Origin: an uncultured Pelagibacteraceae bacterium
Lineage (GTDB): Bacteria; Pseudomonadota; Alphaproteobacteria; Pelagibacterales; Pelagibacteraceae
DNA length: 64,000 nt
NCBI GenBank assembly: GCA_902570915.1
Contig: CACGAB010000001.1
Coordinates: 60,048 to 124,047 of the forward strand
Direction: 5' to 3'
Shown here: positions 1 to 8,901 of the stretch, one piece after another
How the letters are laid out: each line of letters starts with the position of its first letter
How positions within the stretch are numbered: the first letter of the stretch is position 1
Program-made: the position numbers and the translations under genes
The notes under the pieces: model-generated
The model's database searches: none
Told to the model about the DNA's origin: nothing
The model's input: the letters and a program-made list of their open reading frames with translations, nothing else

Positions 1-1
1 C

Positions 2-181
2 ACCAAAGTTAATCACATAATGAGACACACAGTTGGACTATATCATGGTCAAGTTGGATCTAAAGAATGGAAAAGGTATTTAAGTGATAATATGATGGCT
101 AGAGACTCCGATTTTCAAAAAGCAAAACATATTATGACTATTGTTCAAAATAATGAAAAAGCAAATCAAACAAGTCAGTAA
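2..181 (+). CDS. dusA: tRNA dihydrouridine synthase DusA, C-terminal fragment (gene starts before the window)
   Basis: Manual translation of frame 2: TKVNHIMRHTVGLYHGQVGSKEWKRYLSDN...TSQ*, resembling the DusA C-terminal RH-x-x-GL...G-x-x-x-W(K/R)RYLS motif; stop overlaps next ATG (TAATG). Confidence 0.75.
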   Translation, partial: TKVNHIMRHTVGLYHGQVGSKEWKRYLSDNMMARDSDFQKAKHIMTIVQNNEKANQTSQ

Positions 182-1017
182 TGGAAATAATAGATTTAGG
201 TGAATTAATAAACTTATTATTTGTCTTAGGCGTTGCTGCAGCAGTTGCAGGTTTTTTAGCTGGCTTACTAGGCGTTGGTGGAGGAATAATTATGGTTCCT
301 GCTTTATACTATGCTTTCACAGTTTTAGATTTTGATATTGTAACAAGAATGCATTTGTCAGTTGGTACCTCTTTAGCAATAATAATTCCAACATCTATTA
401 TTTCTACAAAAACACATATGGAATATGATGCAGTAGATTTTAAAATGGTAAAATCATTTGGTATTTTTATTTTATTTGGAGTGATCGCTGGAACTTTCTT
501 AGCAGTTAACTTGAAGACGGCAGCCTTAGTTTTATTCTTTTCTATATTTGCGTTTATCGTAGGTTTATTTTTTATTTTTTTGAGAGAAAAACTTCTTGAA
601 AATCCAAAAGAGATTTCTGATTTAGTAAAAAATATTTCTGGGATTGTAATAGGCTTCATTTCAGTGCCTCTTGGAATTGGTGGTGGTTCATTAATGGTGC
701 CTTTTATGAGAACATTTGGTTATGATATTAGAAAATCCATTGGAACAGCCGCTGCAGTAGGTTTTTTAATCGCTGTGAGTGGTAGCATAACAATGATTTT
801 AGGGGGTAAAATAATTGATAATGTTAGTACTCCTTTTAGTATTGGTTACATAAATTTATTAGGTTTTCTGGTTTTTGTACCAGTAACAACAGTCATGGCT
901 CGTTTAGGCGCAAAAGCAGTTTATCGAATTAATAAAAAATTATTAAGTAAAATTTTTGGAACTTTTTTAATTATAGTGTCTATTAGATCGTTTATTGAGT
1001 ATCTAAATATTAGTTAA
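181..1017 (+). CDS. Sulfite exporter TauE/SafE family membrane protein
   Basis: Two repeats of the GLLGVGGG / LGIGGG motif, GTSL motif, about 8 hydrophobic segments. Confidence 0.85.
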   Translation: MEIIDLGELINLLFVLGVAAAVAGFLAGLLGVGGGIIMVPALYYAFTVLDFDIVTRMHLSVGTSLAIIIPTSIISTKTHMEYDAVDFKMVKSFGIFILFGVIAGTFLAVNLKTAALVLFFSIFAFIVGLFFIFLREKLLENPKEISDLVKNISGIVIGFISVPLGIGGGSLMVPFMRTFGYDIRKSIGTAAAVGFLIAVSGSITMILGGKIIDNVSTPFSIGYINLLGFLVFVPVTTVMARLGAKAVYRINKKLLSKIFGTFLIIVSIRSFIEYLNIS

Positions 1018-1226
1018 AATTTATCTTGATCAGTGCCCCATTTAATCTTGTTCCAAATCCTTTCGTGAAAATAATAGAAAAAAAGTGGTATTATCGATCC
1101 AATTCCTAATATTCCCGCGACTTTAAAAGAACCTGTAAAAATATATCCAAACAGCATCCAGTATACAAATATAAGAAATCTCCAAGAAAAAGTTTTTGCA
1201 ACTGACCTTATTTTTTTGTCTGCCAT
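1014..1226 (-). CDS. DUF2061-family small membrane protein
   Basis: RSVAKTFSWR...FYYFHERIWNKIKWG pattern characteristic of DUF2061. Confidence 0.8.
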   Translation of the reverse strand: MADKKIRSVAKTFSWRFLIFVYWMLFGYIFTGSFKVAGILGIGSIIPLFFYYFHERIWNKIKWGTDQDKF

Positions 1227-1259
1227 TTAACAGTATTTAATTCTGCTTAAAAGATGGGG

Positions 1260-1293
1260 TAAGGGTGGTTTCAGTCTCCCTCTACCACCCTTA
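1260..1293. other. GC-rich perfect 10-bp inverted repeat with 14-nt loop (candidate structured RNA)
   Basis: TAAGGGTGGT (1260-1269) / ACCACCCTTA (1284-1293), loop TTCAGTCTCCCTCT; no adjacent U-tract on either strand. Confidence 0.5.
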
Positions 1294-1377
1294 ATAAAAT
1301 TTTATTTGATTCTTAAAAAAACACAAAACTCGTAATAATTGAATTTAGTAGTTGTTGATAAATAGATTAGAAGAAGA

Positions 1378-2832
1378 TTATATTTTTTGGTCGTATTCTC
1401 CAATTTTACCAGTTTTTTGTAATAATTTATCAATAAATTCAAATATCTTTTTTTTTCTTTCATCAGAAGTTGGGCTCTCAGTAACAACCACTAGCGAAGG
1501 TTTATTTGATGAAGCTCTAATTAAGCCCCAGGACCCATCATTAAATGAAAATCTTACTCCATTTACAGTAATAATTTCTGTTATTTCTTGTTGGTCGATT
1601 TTAGTTTTATTATTTTTTATATTTTCGATTTCCTTTACAAGCTGATTTACCACCTCATATTTTTCATTATCTTTGCAAAACGGAGCCATTGTAGGTGATT
1701 GAAATGTTTTTGGTAACTCATCCATTATTTCACTAATTTTTCTATTATCGTTATCAAGTAAGTGGCATACTTGAATAGCTGAATTGATACCATCATCATA
1801 TCCATACCCCAGAGGTTGATTAAAAAAGAAATGCCCACTTTTCTCAAAACCGGCTAGCGCTTTCTCATTATGAACTTTTCTTTTAATATGGGAATGACCT
1901 GTCTTCCAATAAATCGTTTGGCATTGATTATCTTTTAATATTTTGTCATTAGAATATAAGCCTGTTGATTTGACATCTACAATGAATTTAGAATTTTTAT
2001 GAGTGTTAGAAAGATTTCTTGCAATTAAAAGGCCAATTTTGTCTGAAAATATTTCATTTCCTTTATCATCTATCACTCCTAATCTATCACCATCCCCATC
2101 AAAACCAAAACCAATATCGGCATTATTTTCTTTTACAAATTTCGATATTTCATGAAGCATTTCTAGATCTTCTGGATTTGGATTATATTTTGGAAATGTC
2201 CAATCTAATTTACAGTCTAATTCAATTACATCACAACCTATTCCCCTTAAAATATCAGGTGCGAAAATACCTGCGGTGCCATTTCCACATGCAACAACAG
2301 CCTTTATTTTTTTTTTAATCTTATTTTTTTTTATTAAATCGTCTTTATATACTTGTTGAAAATTGCTTATTTGCTTTTCACTTCCACTGCCTGTCAAAAA
2401 GCTTTTATTTAATGTAATTTCTTTTAACTCTTTCATCTCATCTGGTGCATGAGTTAATCCTTTTTTGATACCCATTTTTACACCAGTCCAACCATTTTCA
2501 TTATGGCTGGCAGTTATCATTGCAACTGCATCCGAGTTTAAATTAAATTGAGCAAAGTAGACCATTGGAGACAATGATAATCCTACATCTTCGATATTAC
2601 ATCCTGTTGAAACGAGACCCCTCTTAAATGCTTTCTTAATTTCTTCACTGTAAGATCTATAATCATGACCCACAATTATTCTTGGATTATTCTTTTTTGT
2701 GTGTTTTATGATTTGAGATCCGAATCCTTTCCCTAGATTCGTCATTCCATCCAAATTTATATCTTTCTCATACAACCATCTGGCATCATATTCTCTAAAA
2801 CCGTAGGGACTTATTTTTAAATTTTCAGACAT
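1378..2832 (-). CDS. Phosphomannomutase/phosphoglucomutase
   Basis: FREYDAR N-terminus, ITASHN phosphoserine motif, FDGDGDR metal loop, RASSN. Confidence 0.92.
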   Translation of the reverse strand: MSENLKISPYGFREYDARWLYEKDINLDGMTNLGKGFGSQIIKHTKKNNPRIIVGHDYRSYSEEIKKAFKRGLVSTGCNIEDVGLSLSPMVYFAQFNLNSDAVAMITASHNENGWTGVKMGIKKGLTHAPDEMKELKEITLNKSFLTGSGSEKQISNFQQVYKDDLIKKNKIKKKIKAVVACGNGTAGIFAPDILRGIGCDVIELDCKLDWTFPKYNPNPEDLEMLHEISKFVKENNADIGFGFDGDGDRLGVIDDKGNEIFSDKIGLLIARNLSNTHKNSKFIVDVKSTGLYSNDKILKDNQCQTIYWKTGHSHIKRKVHNEKALAGFEKSGHFFFNQPLGYGYDDGINSAIQVCHLLDNDNRKISEIMDELPKTFQSPTMAPFCKDNEKYEVVNQLVKEIENIKNNKTKIDQQEITEIITVNGVRFSFNDGSWGLIRASSNKPSLVVVTESPTSDERKKKIFEFIDKLLQKTGKIGEYDQKI

Positions 2833-2942
2833 AATTGTTAATTACTTACATTTTTTTGGATTTTTTTATTGATAATTTTTTTGCCACGTTCTATAAATGT
2901 TCTATTGATTTGTTGTTTATATAGTATATTAACACCAAACGC

Positions 2943-2958
2943 ACACAACATATAGTTG
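2943..2958 (+). promoter_or_regulatory. Putative NrdR box
   Basis: ACACAACATATAGTTG about 35 nt upstream of nrdA; matches the acaCwAtATaTwGtg-type consensus. Confidence 0.6.
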
Positions 2959-2992
2959 TTTTCGTTGAAATAACAAATATAATACATTATTT

Positions 2993-4933
2993 ATGAATAA
3001 AATAGTATCGCTAGCAATAAAGAAAGCTGTCTCTGAATATAACCCTAAGGTTGAAAAAGTCGAAAGTGACAGTAGGCCTGATCTATTTTCACTTAATAAC
3101 GAAACTGAACTTTTTCAAAATGATAGAGGTATCATAATTAAAATCGACCGATCAAGAGATGCAAATCTAACTGATTTTGGAAAAGCAACTTTAAAAGATA
3201 GATATCTTGGTCACAACGAGTCTTTCCAAGATTTATTTGCAAGAGTTGCTAGTACTTATGCAGATGACAATTTGCATGCTCAAAGAATTTATAACTACAT
3301 AAGTAAATTATGGTTTATGCCAGCAACACCTGTTTTATCAAATGGTGGAACAAAAAGAGGTTTACCTATTTCATGTTTTCTTAATGAGGCTTCTGATAGT
3401 TTAGGAGGTATACTTGACCTTTGGAGCGAAAATGTTTGGTTAGCTGCAAAAGGTGGTGGAATCGGTAGTTATTGGGGAAATTTAAGATCTATCGGAGAAA
3501 AAATTGGTAAAGTAGGAAAAACTTCCGGAATTATTCCTTTCATAAAAGTTATGGACTCTTTAACTATGGCAATAAGTCAAGGTTCATTAAGAAGAGGATC
3601 AGCAGCTTGTTATCTTCCAATTGATCATCCTGAGATTGAAGAATTTATGGAAATGAGAAGACCAACTGGTGGTGATCCAAATAGAAAAGCTCTTAATTTA
3701 CATCATGGTGTTTTGGTTACAGATGCATTTATGAGAGCAGTTGAAAACGATGAAGAATGGGCATTGAAAAGTCCAGCTGATGGATCTATTCAACAAACAA
3801 TTTCTGCAAGAAATTTATGGATAAGATTATTAACAGCTCGAATTGAAACTGGAGAACCTTATATTATCTACATTGATACTGTTAATAGACAAATTCCACA
3901 ACATCATAAACTTGCAAACTTAACAGTTAAAACATCCAACCTCTGCAGCGAAATAACTTTACCAACAGGTATAGATAAAGATGGAAGAGACAGAACAGCT
4001 GTTTGTTGTTTATCATCATTAAATTTAGAAAAATATGATGAATGGAAAGATGATCCAAATATGATTGCAGATGTAATGAGATTTTTAGATAATGTTTTAT
4101 CTGATTTTATTAATAAAGCTCCAGATCAATTTAAAGATGCTAAGTATTCTGCAGAAAGAGAAAGAAGTGTCGGCCTTGGTGTAATGGGTTTTCATTCTTT
4201 CTTACAAAAAAAAAGAATTCCACTTGAGTCGGTGATGGCAAAATCTTGGAATAAAAAAATATTTAAACAAATCGATGAACAAGTTAATCAAGCTTCAAAA
4301 GATTTAGCTGAAGAAAGAGGTGCTTGTCCAGATGCAGCTGAATACGGATATAAAGAAAGATTTTCAAATAAAACTGCAATAGCTCCAACTGCATCAATCT
4401 CAATTATTTGTGGAGGTGCTTCACCAGGGGTTGAACCAATTGCAGCTAATAGTTATACGCACAAAACTTTGTCGGGTTCTTTTAATGTTAGAAATAGATA
4501 TCTTGAAGAAATACTTGAAAGTCATGGTAAAAATGATGATGAAACTTGGTCTACAATTACCACGAATCAAGGTTCAGTTTCTCATTTAGACTTTTTAACT
4601 GATCTTGAAAAAGACGTTTTCAAAACTGCATTTGAGTTAAATCAAAAATGGATTATTGAATTAAGTGGAGATCGAACACCATTTATTTCCCAAGCACAGT
4701 CAGTTAATTTATTTTTGCCAGCAGATGTTCATAAAAAAGAATTACATAGAATTCATTTTGATGCATGGAAAAAGGGTCTTAAAAGCCTCTATTATTGTAG
4801 ATCAAAATCAATTCAAAGAGCTGAAAATATCAATAATGCTAACTCTACTGATATTACAGCCAATGTATATAAATCAAAAAAACAACAATCTAACGAACAA
4901 CCAGAATACGAGGAGTGTTTATCATGTCAGTAG
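2993..4933 (+). CDS. nrdA: Ribonucleoside-diphosphate reductase class Ia, alpha subunit
   Basis: PATPVLSN, ISCFL, SNLCSEI, AIAPTAS, KSLYYCR, C-terminal CLSCQ. Confidence 0.96.
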   Translation: MNKIVSLAIKKAVSEYNPKVEKVESDSRPDLFSLNNETELFQNDRGIIIKIDRSRDANLTDFGKATLKDRYLGHNESFQDLFARVASTYADDNLHAQRIYNYISKLWFMPATPVLSNGGTKRGLPISCFLNEASDSLGGILDLWSENVWLAAKGGGIGSYWGNLRSIGEKIGKVGKTSGIIPFIKVMDSLTMAISQGSLRRGSAACYLPIDHPEIEEFMEMRRPTGGDPNRKALNLHHGVLVTDAFMRAVENDEEWALKSPADGSIQQTISARNLWIRLLTARIETGEPYIIYIDTVNRQIPQHHKLANLTVKTSNLCSEITLPTGIDKDGRDRTAVCCLSSLNLEKYDEWKDDPNMIADVMRFLDNVLSDFINKAPDQFKDAKYSAERERSVGLGVMGFHSFLQKKRIPLESVMAKSWNKKIFKQIDEQVNQASKDLAEERGACPDAAEYGYKERFSNKTAIAPTASISIICGGASPGVEPIAANSYTHKTLSGSFNVRNRYLEEILESHGKNDDETWSTITTNQGSVSHLDFLTDLEKDVFKTAFELNQKWIIELSGDRTPFISQAQSVNLFLPADVHKKELHRIHFDAWKKGLKSLYYCRSKSIQRAENINNANSTDITANVYKSKKQQSNEQPEYEECLSCQ

Positions 4934-5940
4934 CAGAAAAAACTAAGACGGAAAAAAAAGAAATTATTCAACCAAAAAAGATGGGTTTATTAGTAGAAAA
5001 CCCAGTATACAAACCATTTAGATATCCATGGTGTTATGATGCATGGTTAACACAACAAAGAATTCACTGGTTACCGGAAGAGGTGCCACTTGGTGACGAT
5101 GTAAGAGACTGGCAAAAAAATTTGTCACAACCTGAAAAAAATTTGGTCACTCAAATATTTAGATTTTTCACTCAAGCAGATGTTGAGGTTAACAACTGTT
5201 ATTTAAGACACTACACAACAGTATTTAAACCAACTGAAGTACTAATGATGATGACTGCTTTTGCAGCAATGGAAACAGTTCATGTAGCTGCCTACTCACA
5301 CTTATTAGATACAATCGGTATGCCTGAGTCAGAATATTCAGCCTTTATGAAGTACAAGGAGATGAAAGATAAATATGATTACATGCAAGGTTTTAATGTA
5401 AATTCAAAAGAAGACATTGCAAAGACAGTTGCAGTATTTAGTGCTTTTACAGAAGGTTTGCAGTTATTTGCTAGTTTCGCAATTCTTTTAAATTTTCCAA
5501 GACATAACAAATTGAAAGGAATGGGACAGATAGTAACTTGGTCTGTTAGAGATGAAACTCTTCATTGCAACTCAATGATTAGAATCTTTAAAGAATTTAT
5601 AAAAGAGAATCCAGAAATTTGGACACCAAAACTTAAAAAAGAACTTTACGAAGCTTGCAGAACAATTGTTGAGCATGAAGATGCTTTTATAGATTTAGCT
5701 TTTGAAATGGGTCCAATGGAAGGTTTAACTGCGCAAGAGGTTAAGGATTACATCAGATTTATTGGAAATAGAAGATTGGTCCAATTAGGATTGGAGCCAA
5801 TTTATGACGTAGAAAAAAATCCACTTGGATGGCTTGACACAATGCTTAATGCCGTTGAGCACATGAACTTCTTTGAAGGTCGTGCCACCGAGTACTCTAA
5901 AGCATCAACACAAGGGACTTGGGTTGAAGCTTTTAGTTAA
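4924..5940 (+). CDS. nrdB: Ribonucleoside-diphosphate reductase class Ia, beta subunit
   Basis: W-x-P-E-E, FFTQAD, ETVH-x3-Y, FTEG, RDETLH, NFFE; ATG 4924 preceded by GAGGAG. Confidence 0.95.
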   Translation: MSVAEKTKTEKKEIIQPKKMGLLVENPVYKPFRYPWCYDAWLTQQRIHWLPEEVPLGDDVRDWQKNLSQPEKNLVTQIFRFFTQADVEVNNCYLRHYTTVFKPTEVLMMMTAFAAMETVHVAAYSHLLDTIGMPESEYSAFMKYKEMKDKYDYMQGFNVNSKEDIAKTVAVFSAFTEGLQLFASFAILLNFPRHNKLKGMGQIVTWSVRDETLHCNSMIRIFKEFIKENPEIWTPKLKKELYEACRTIVEHEDAFIDLAFEMGPMEGLTAQEVKDYIRFIGNRRLVQLGLEPIYDVEKNPLGWLDTMLNAVEHMNFFEGRATEYSKASTQGTWVEAFS

Positions 5941-5991
5941 TTTTTAAATAAATTGCTAGATAGAGGGCCATAAATTATCTAATATAGTTGG

Positions 5992-6240
5992 ATGATTGTT
6001 TCTCCATGTATCAGTATTTGCAAGACTGACCCAGTATCAGGCTATTGCTATGGATGTGGAAGAACTAAAGAGGAAAAAAAAAACTGGAAACTTAGCGAGA
6101 CCAGTGAGGAGTGGAAAAAGAAAAATCTTCTTGAAATAAAAAGTAGACTTAAAGGATGGCAATTAAAAGGCTTCGAGGAGTCATATAAAAGTAAAATTGA
6201 AAATGGTATTTCTCTTTTTAAAAAGGAAATACTCAAATGA
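5992..6240 (+). CDS. DUF1289-family Cys-rich protein
   Basis: SPCISIC...CYGCGRT...W motif. Confidence 0.85.
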   Translation: MIVSPCISICKTDPVSGYCYGCGRTKEEKKNWKLSETSEEWKKKNLLEIKSRLKGWQLKGFEESYKSKIENGISLFKKEILK

Positions 6241-6247
6241 ATAATCA

Positions 6248-6877
6248 TTGATAAAATATAAAAGATATTTTAGAAAAACAAGTCTCAAACAAAAAGGTCA
6301 TGGAGATTTTCTTTTAGACGAAGTTAAAAAAGAAAAACCTAAAATTTTTTTAGAGATAGGGGTTTTTCATGGAGTTACTGCCAGGAATGTATGTGAACTA
6401 CTTTATCAAATCAATAAAGATGATTTTAAATATATTGGCCTAGATTTATTTGAAGAAAATAATGAAAATAAAAATGAAGTTATTCCAAATAATACATTTA
6501 CTAATCCTTTTAAGAATATTTACTTTAAATATGTAAAAAAGCAGAATCCATACAGTTTAGAGTCTGTTAAAGATTTACTTAAAAAATTTGAAAAAAATGT
6601 CCATCTGATTAAAGGTAATTCCAATAAAATTTTAAAGAAAATAGATATGAGTAAAATAGATTATGTGTTCTTAGATGGTGGTCACGAATATAATACAGTA
6701 AAAAATGATTTGGAAAACTGTGTCGATGTTATTGACAAAGGTGGAACAGTTTTGTGTGATGATTATAGTTTAGTAACTACACCAGATGTTAAAAAAGCTA
6801 TTGGCGAATTTATACAAAAATACCGTTATAATATCGAAATTTTATGTGATAACCGTTTTGCTAAAATCCAAAAATAG
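6248..6877 (+). CDS. Class I SAM-dependent methyltransferase (Methyltransf_24-like)
   Basis: LEIGVFHG motif I, GLDLF, FLDGGHEY, LCDDY; TTG start. Confidence 0.8.
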   Translation: MIKYKRYFRKTSLKQKGHGDFLLDEVKKEKPKIFLEIGVFHGVTARNVCELLYQINKDDFKYIGLDLFEENNENKNEVIPNNTFTNPFKNIYFKYVKKQNPYSLESVKDLLKKFEKNVHLIKGNSNKILKKIDMSKIDYVFLDGGHEYNTVKNDLENCVDVIDKGGTVLCDDYSLVTTPDVKKAIGEFIQKYRYNIEILCDNRFAKIQK

Positions 6878-6880
6878 AAA

Positions 6881-8005
6881 TTATCTTTGATTTAATTGTA
6901 AAACTTTTCTATGTTTATTACCTTTATAACTAGCCAAAGGTCTAATCAGCTTATTTGCAGCATGTTGTTCCATTATATGAGCTGACCATCCTGTAATTCT
7001 CGAAATTACAAAAATTGGCGTAAAAAAATCTGTATCGAAACCCATCAAATGGTATGTTGGTCCAGTGGGATAGTCTACGTTAGGATGTATATTTTTTCTA
7101 TCAATCATTACTTTTTCAACAATATCGTAAATTTTTTCGAATTTTTTATCTTTTTTAATTTTTGCTACTTTGGCAAAATATTTTCTCATCGTAGGAACCC
7201 TTGAGTCACCAGATTTATAAACTCTATGACCAAATCCCATCACAACCTGTTTTTTAGCAAGTGCGTTATTGATCCATTTCAAAGCATTTTTGGGATCTTT
7301 TATTTTATTCATCATATGCATAACCTCTTCGTTAGCACCGCCATGTAGTGGACCCTTTAAGCTTGCTATGGCACCAGTTATAGCTCCGTGAATATCAGAC
7401 AAACTACTTGTTATAGTTCTTGCGGTAAATGTTGAAACATTAAAACTGTGTTCAGCATATAAAATCAAAGATACATCAAAAGCTTTTACAATTTCTTTTT
7501 GAGGAACCTTTCCAAAGCACATATGAAAAAAATTCTCAGACATATTCAAATTTTTTTTAGGTTTAATTATACTTTTACCTTTTCTTATTCTATAAAATGC
7601 AGCTAAAGCAGTTGGTGTTTTAGCTAAAATTCTAACTGCTTTTCTCATGTTTGCCTCAGGTGAAGAGTCTGTTGTTTCTTTATCTTCTAAACCCATAATG
7701 CTGACTGCAGTTCTAGCCACATCCATGGGATGGGATTTTTTAGGCATTTTTTTAATAAATGAGTATAGATCTTTTGAGAGATCTCTATTATTTCTCTCTT
7801 CTTTTTCAAATTTTCTTAATTCTATTGAATTTGGTAAATCTTTGTTCAAAATTAAATATGCTACTTCCTCAAATTTACAAAATTCACAAAGATCTTGTGC
7901 TGCATAACCTCTATAGGTAAGAGAATTTATCTCAGGCATAACTTTTGAAACTTCTGTTTCATCGACAACTATTCCAAGTAAACCTTTTTTTATGTCATCA
8001 CTCAT
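6881..8005 (-). CDS. prpC: 2-methylcitrate synthase / citrate synthase
   Basis: YAEHSFN, GPLHGGANE, MGFGHRVYK, PNVDY; coupled to prpB/prpD. Confidence 0.9.
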   Translation of the reverse strand: MSDDIKKGLLGIVVDETEVSKVMPEINSLTYRGYAAQDLCEFCKFEEVAYLILNKDLPNSIELRKFEKEERNNRDLSKDLYSFIKKMPKKSHPMDVARTAVSIMGLEDKETTDSSPEANMRKAVRILAKTPTALAAFYRIRKGKSIIKPKKNLNMSENFFHMCFGKVPQKEIVKAFDVSLILYAEHSFNVSTFTARTITSSLSDIHGAITGAIASLKGPLHGGANEEVMHMMNKIKDPKNALKWINNALAKKQVVMGFGHRVYKSGDSRVPTMRKYFAKVAKIKKDKKFEKIYDIVEKVMIDRKNIHPNVDYPTGPTYHLMGFDTDFFTPIFVISRITGWSAHIMEQHAANKLIRPLASYKGNKHRKVLQLNQR

Positions 8006-8901
8006 TATTCATGTCCATCTGTATTAAAATTATAAATAGTTTCGTCTAAACTATTATATTTTTCATAATCTACAAGCTCATATAACCTTTTTCTTGTTTG
8101 CATCTTATCTATAATATTGTTTTGGTGTCCATTTGCATAAATGTCTCTCAATCCATCTTCAACGTTTTTCATTGCTAATCTTTGAGTGGTGACTGGATAA
8201 ATAACTATATTATAACCAAACTGTTCCAATTCTTTAAAATTGAATAATTTGGTTTTTCCGAATTCTGTCATATTCGCTAATAAATAGCATGAGAGCTCTT
8301 TTCTTACTTTTTCAAAATCTTTTTCATCATGTAAAGCTTCTGGAAAAACAATTTCAGCTCCAGAATCGACATAAGCTTTACATCTATCAATCATCTTATC
8401 TATACCTTCTACACTTTTTGCATCTGACCTAGCTATAATTTTAAAATTCTTATCTTTTCTAGCTGATACACATTCTTTAATTTTTTTAACCATAGCGTCA
8501 GTAGAAATTAGCTCTTTATTATCTAAGTGACCGCATCTTTTCCTTTCAATTTGGTCTTCAATATGTACAGCCGTAATTCCAAATTCCTCAAAAGTTTCAA
8601 TTGTTTCTTTACAAGATTTAAAACCTGTATCAATATCAACAATGGTTGGAAGATTTGTAACTCTAGATATTAAATATGATCTTGTACTCACATCTTGCAA
8701 TGTTGTTAATCCAATATCAGGAAAACCAAGATCATTAGCCATAACACCACCTGAAACATAAACTGCATCATAGCCAATTTCCTCGATAAGTTTTGCTGTC
8801 AAAGGATTATAAGCACCAGGAACTCTTAAAATTTTATTTGATTTTAATTTCTTATCGAAATCTTCTCTTTTTTGATTTGGCTTTTTCTCAACAAAATGCA
8901 T
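8005..8901 (-). CDS. prpB: 2-methylisocitrate lyase
   Basis: VDIDTGF, HIEDQ, KRCGHL, LANMTEFGKT. Confidence 0.93.
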   Translation of the reverse strand: MHFVEKKPNQKREDFDKKLKSNKILRVPGAYNPLTAKLIEEIGYDAVYVSGGVMANDLGFPDIGLTTLQDVSTRSYLISRVTNLPTIVDIDTGFKSCKETIETFEEFGITAVHIEDQIERKRCGHLDNKELISTDAMVKKIKECVSARKDKNFKIIARSDAKSVEGIDKMIDRCKAYVDSGAEIVFPEALHDEKDFEKVRKELSCYLLANMTEFGKTKLFNFKELEQFGYNIVIYPVTTQRLAMKNVEDGLRDIYANGHQNNIIDKMQTRKRLYELVDYEKYNSLDETIYNFNTDGHE

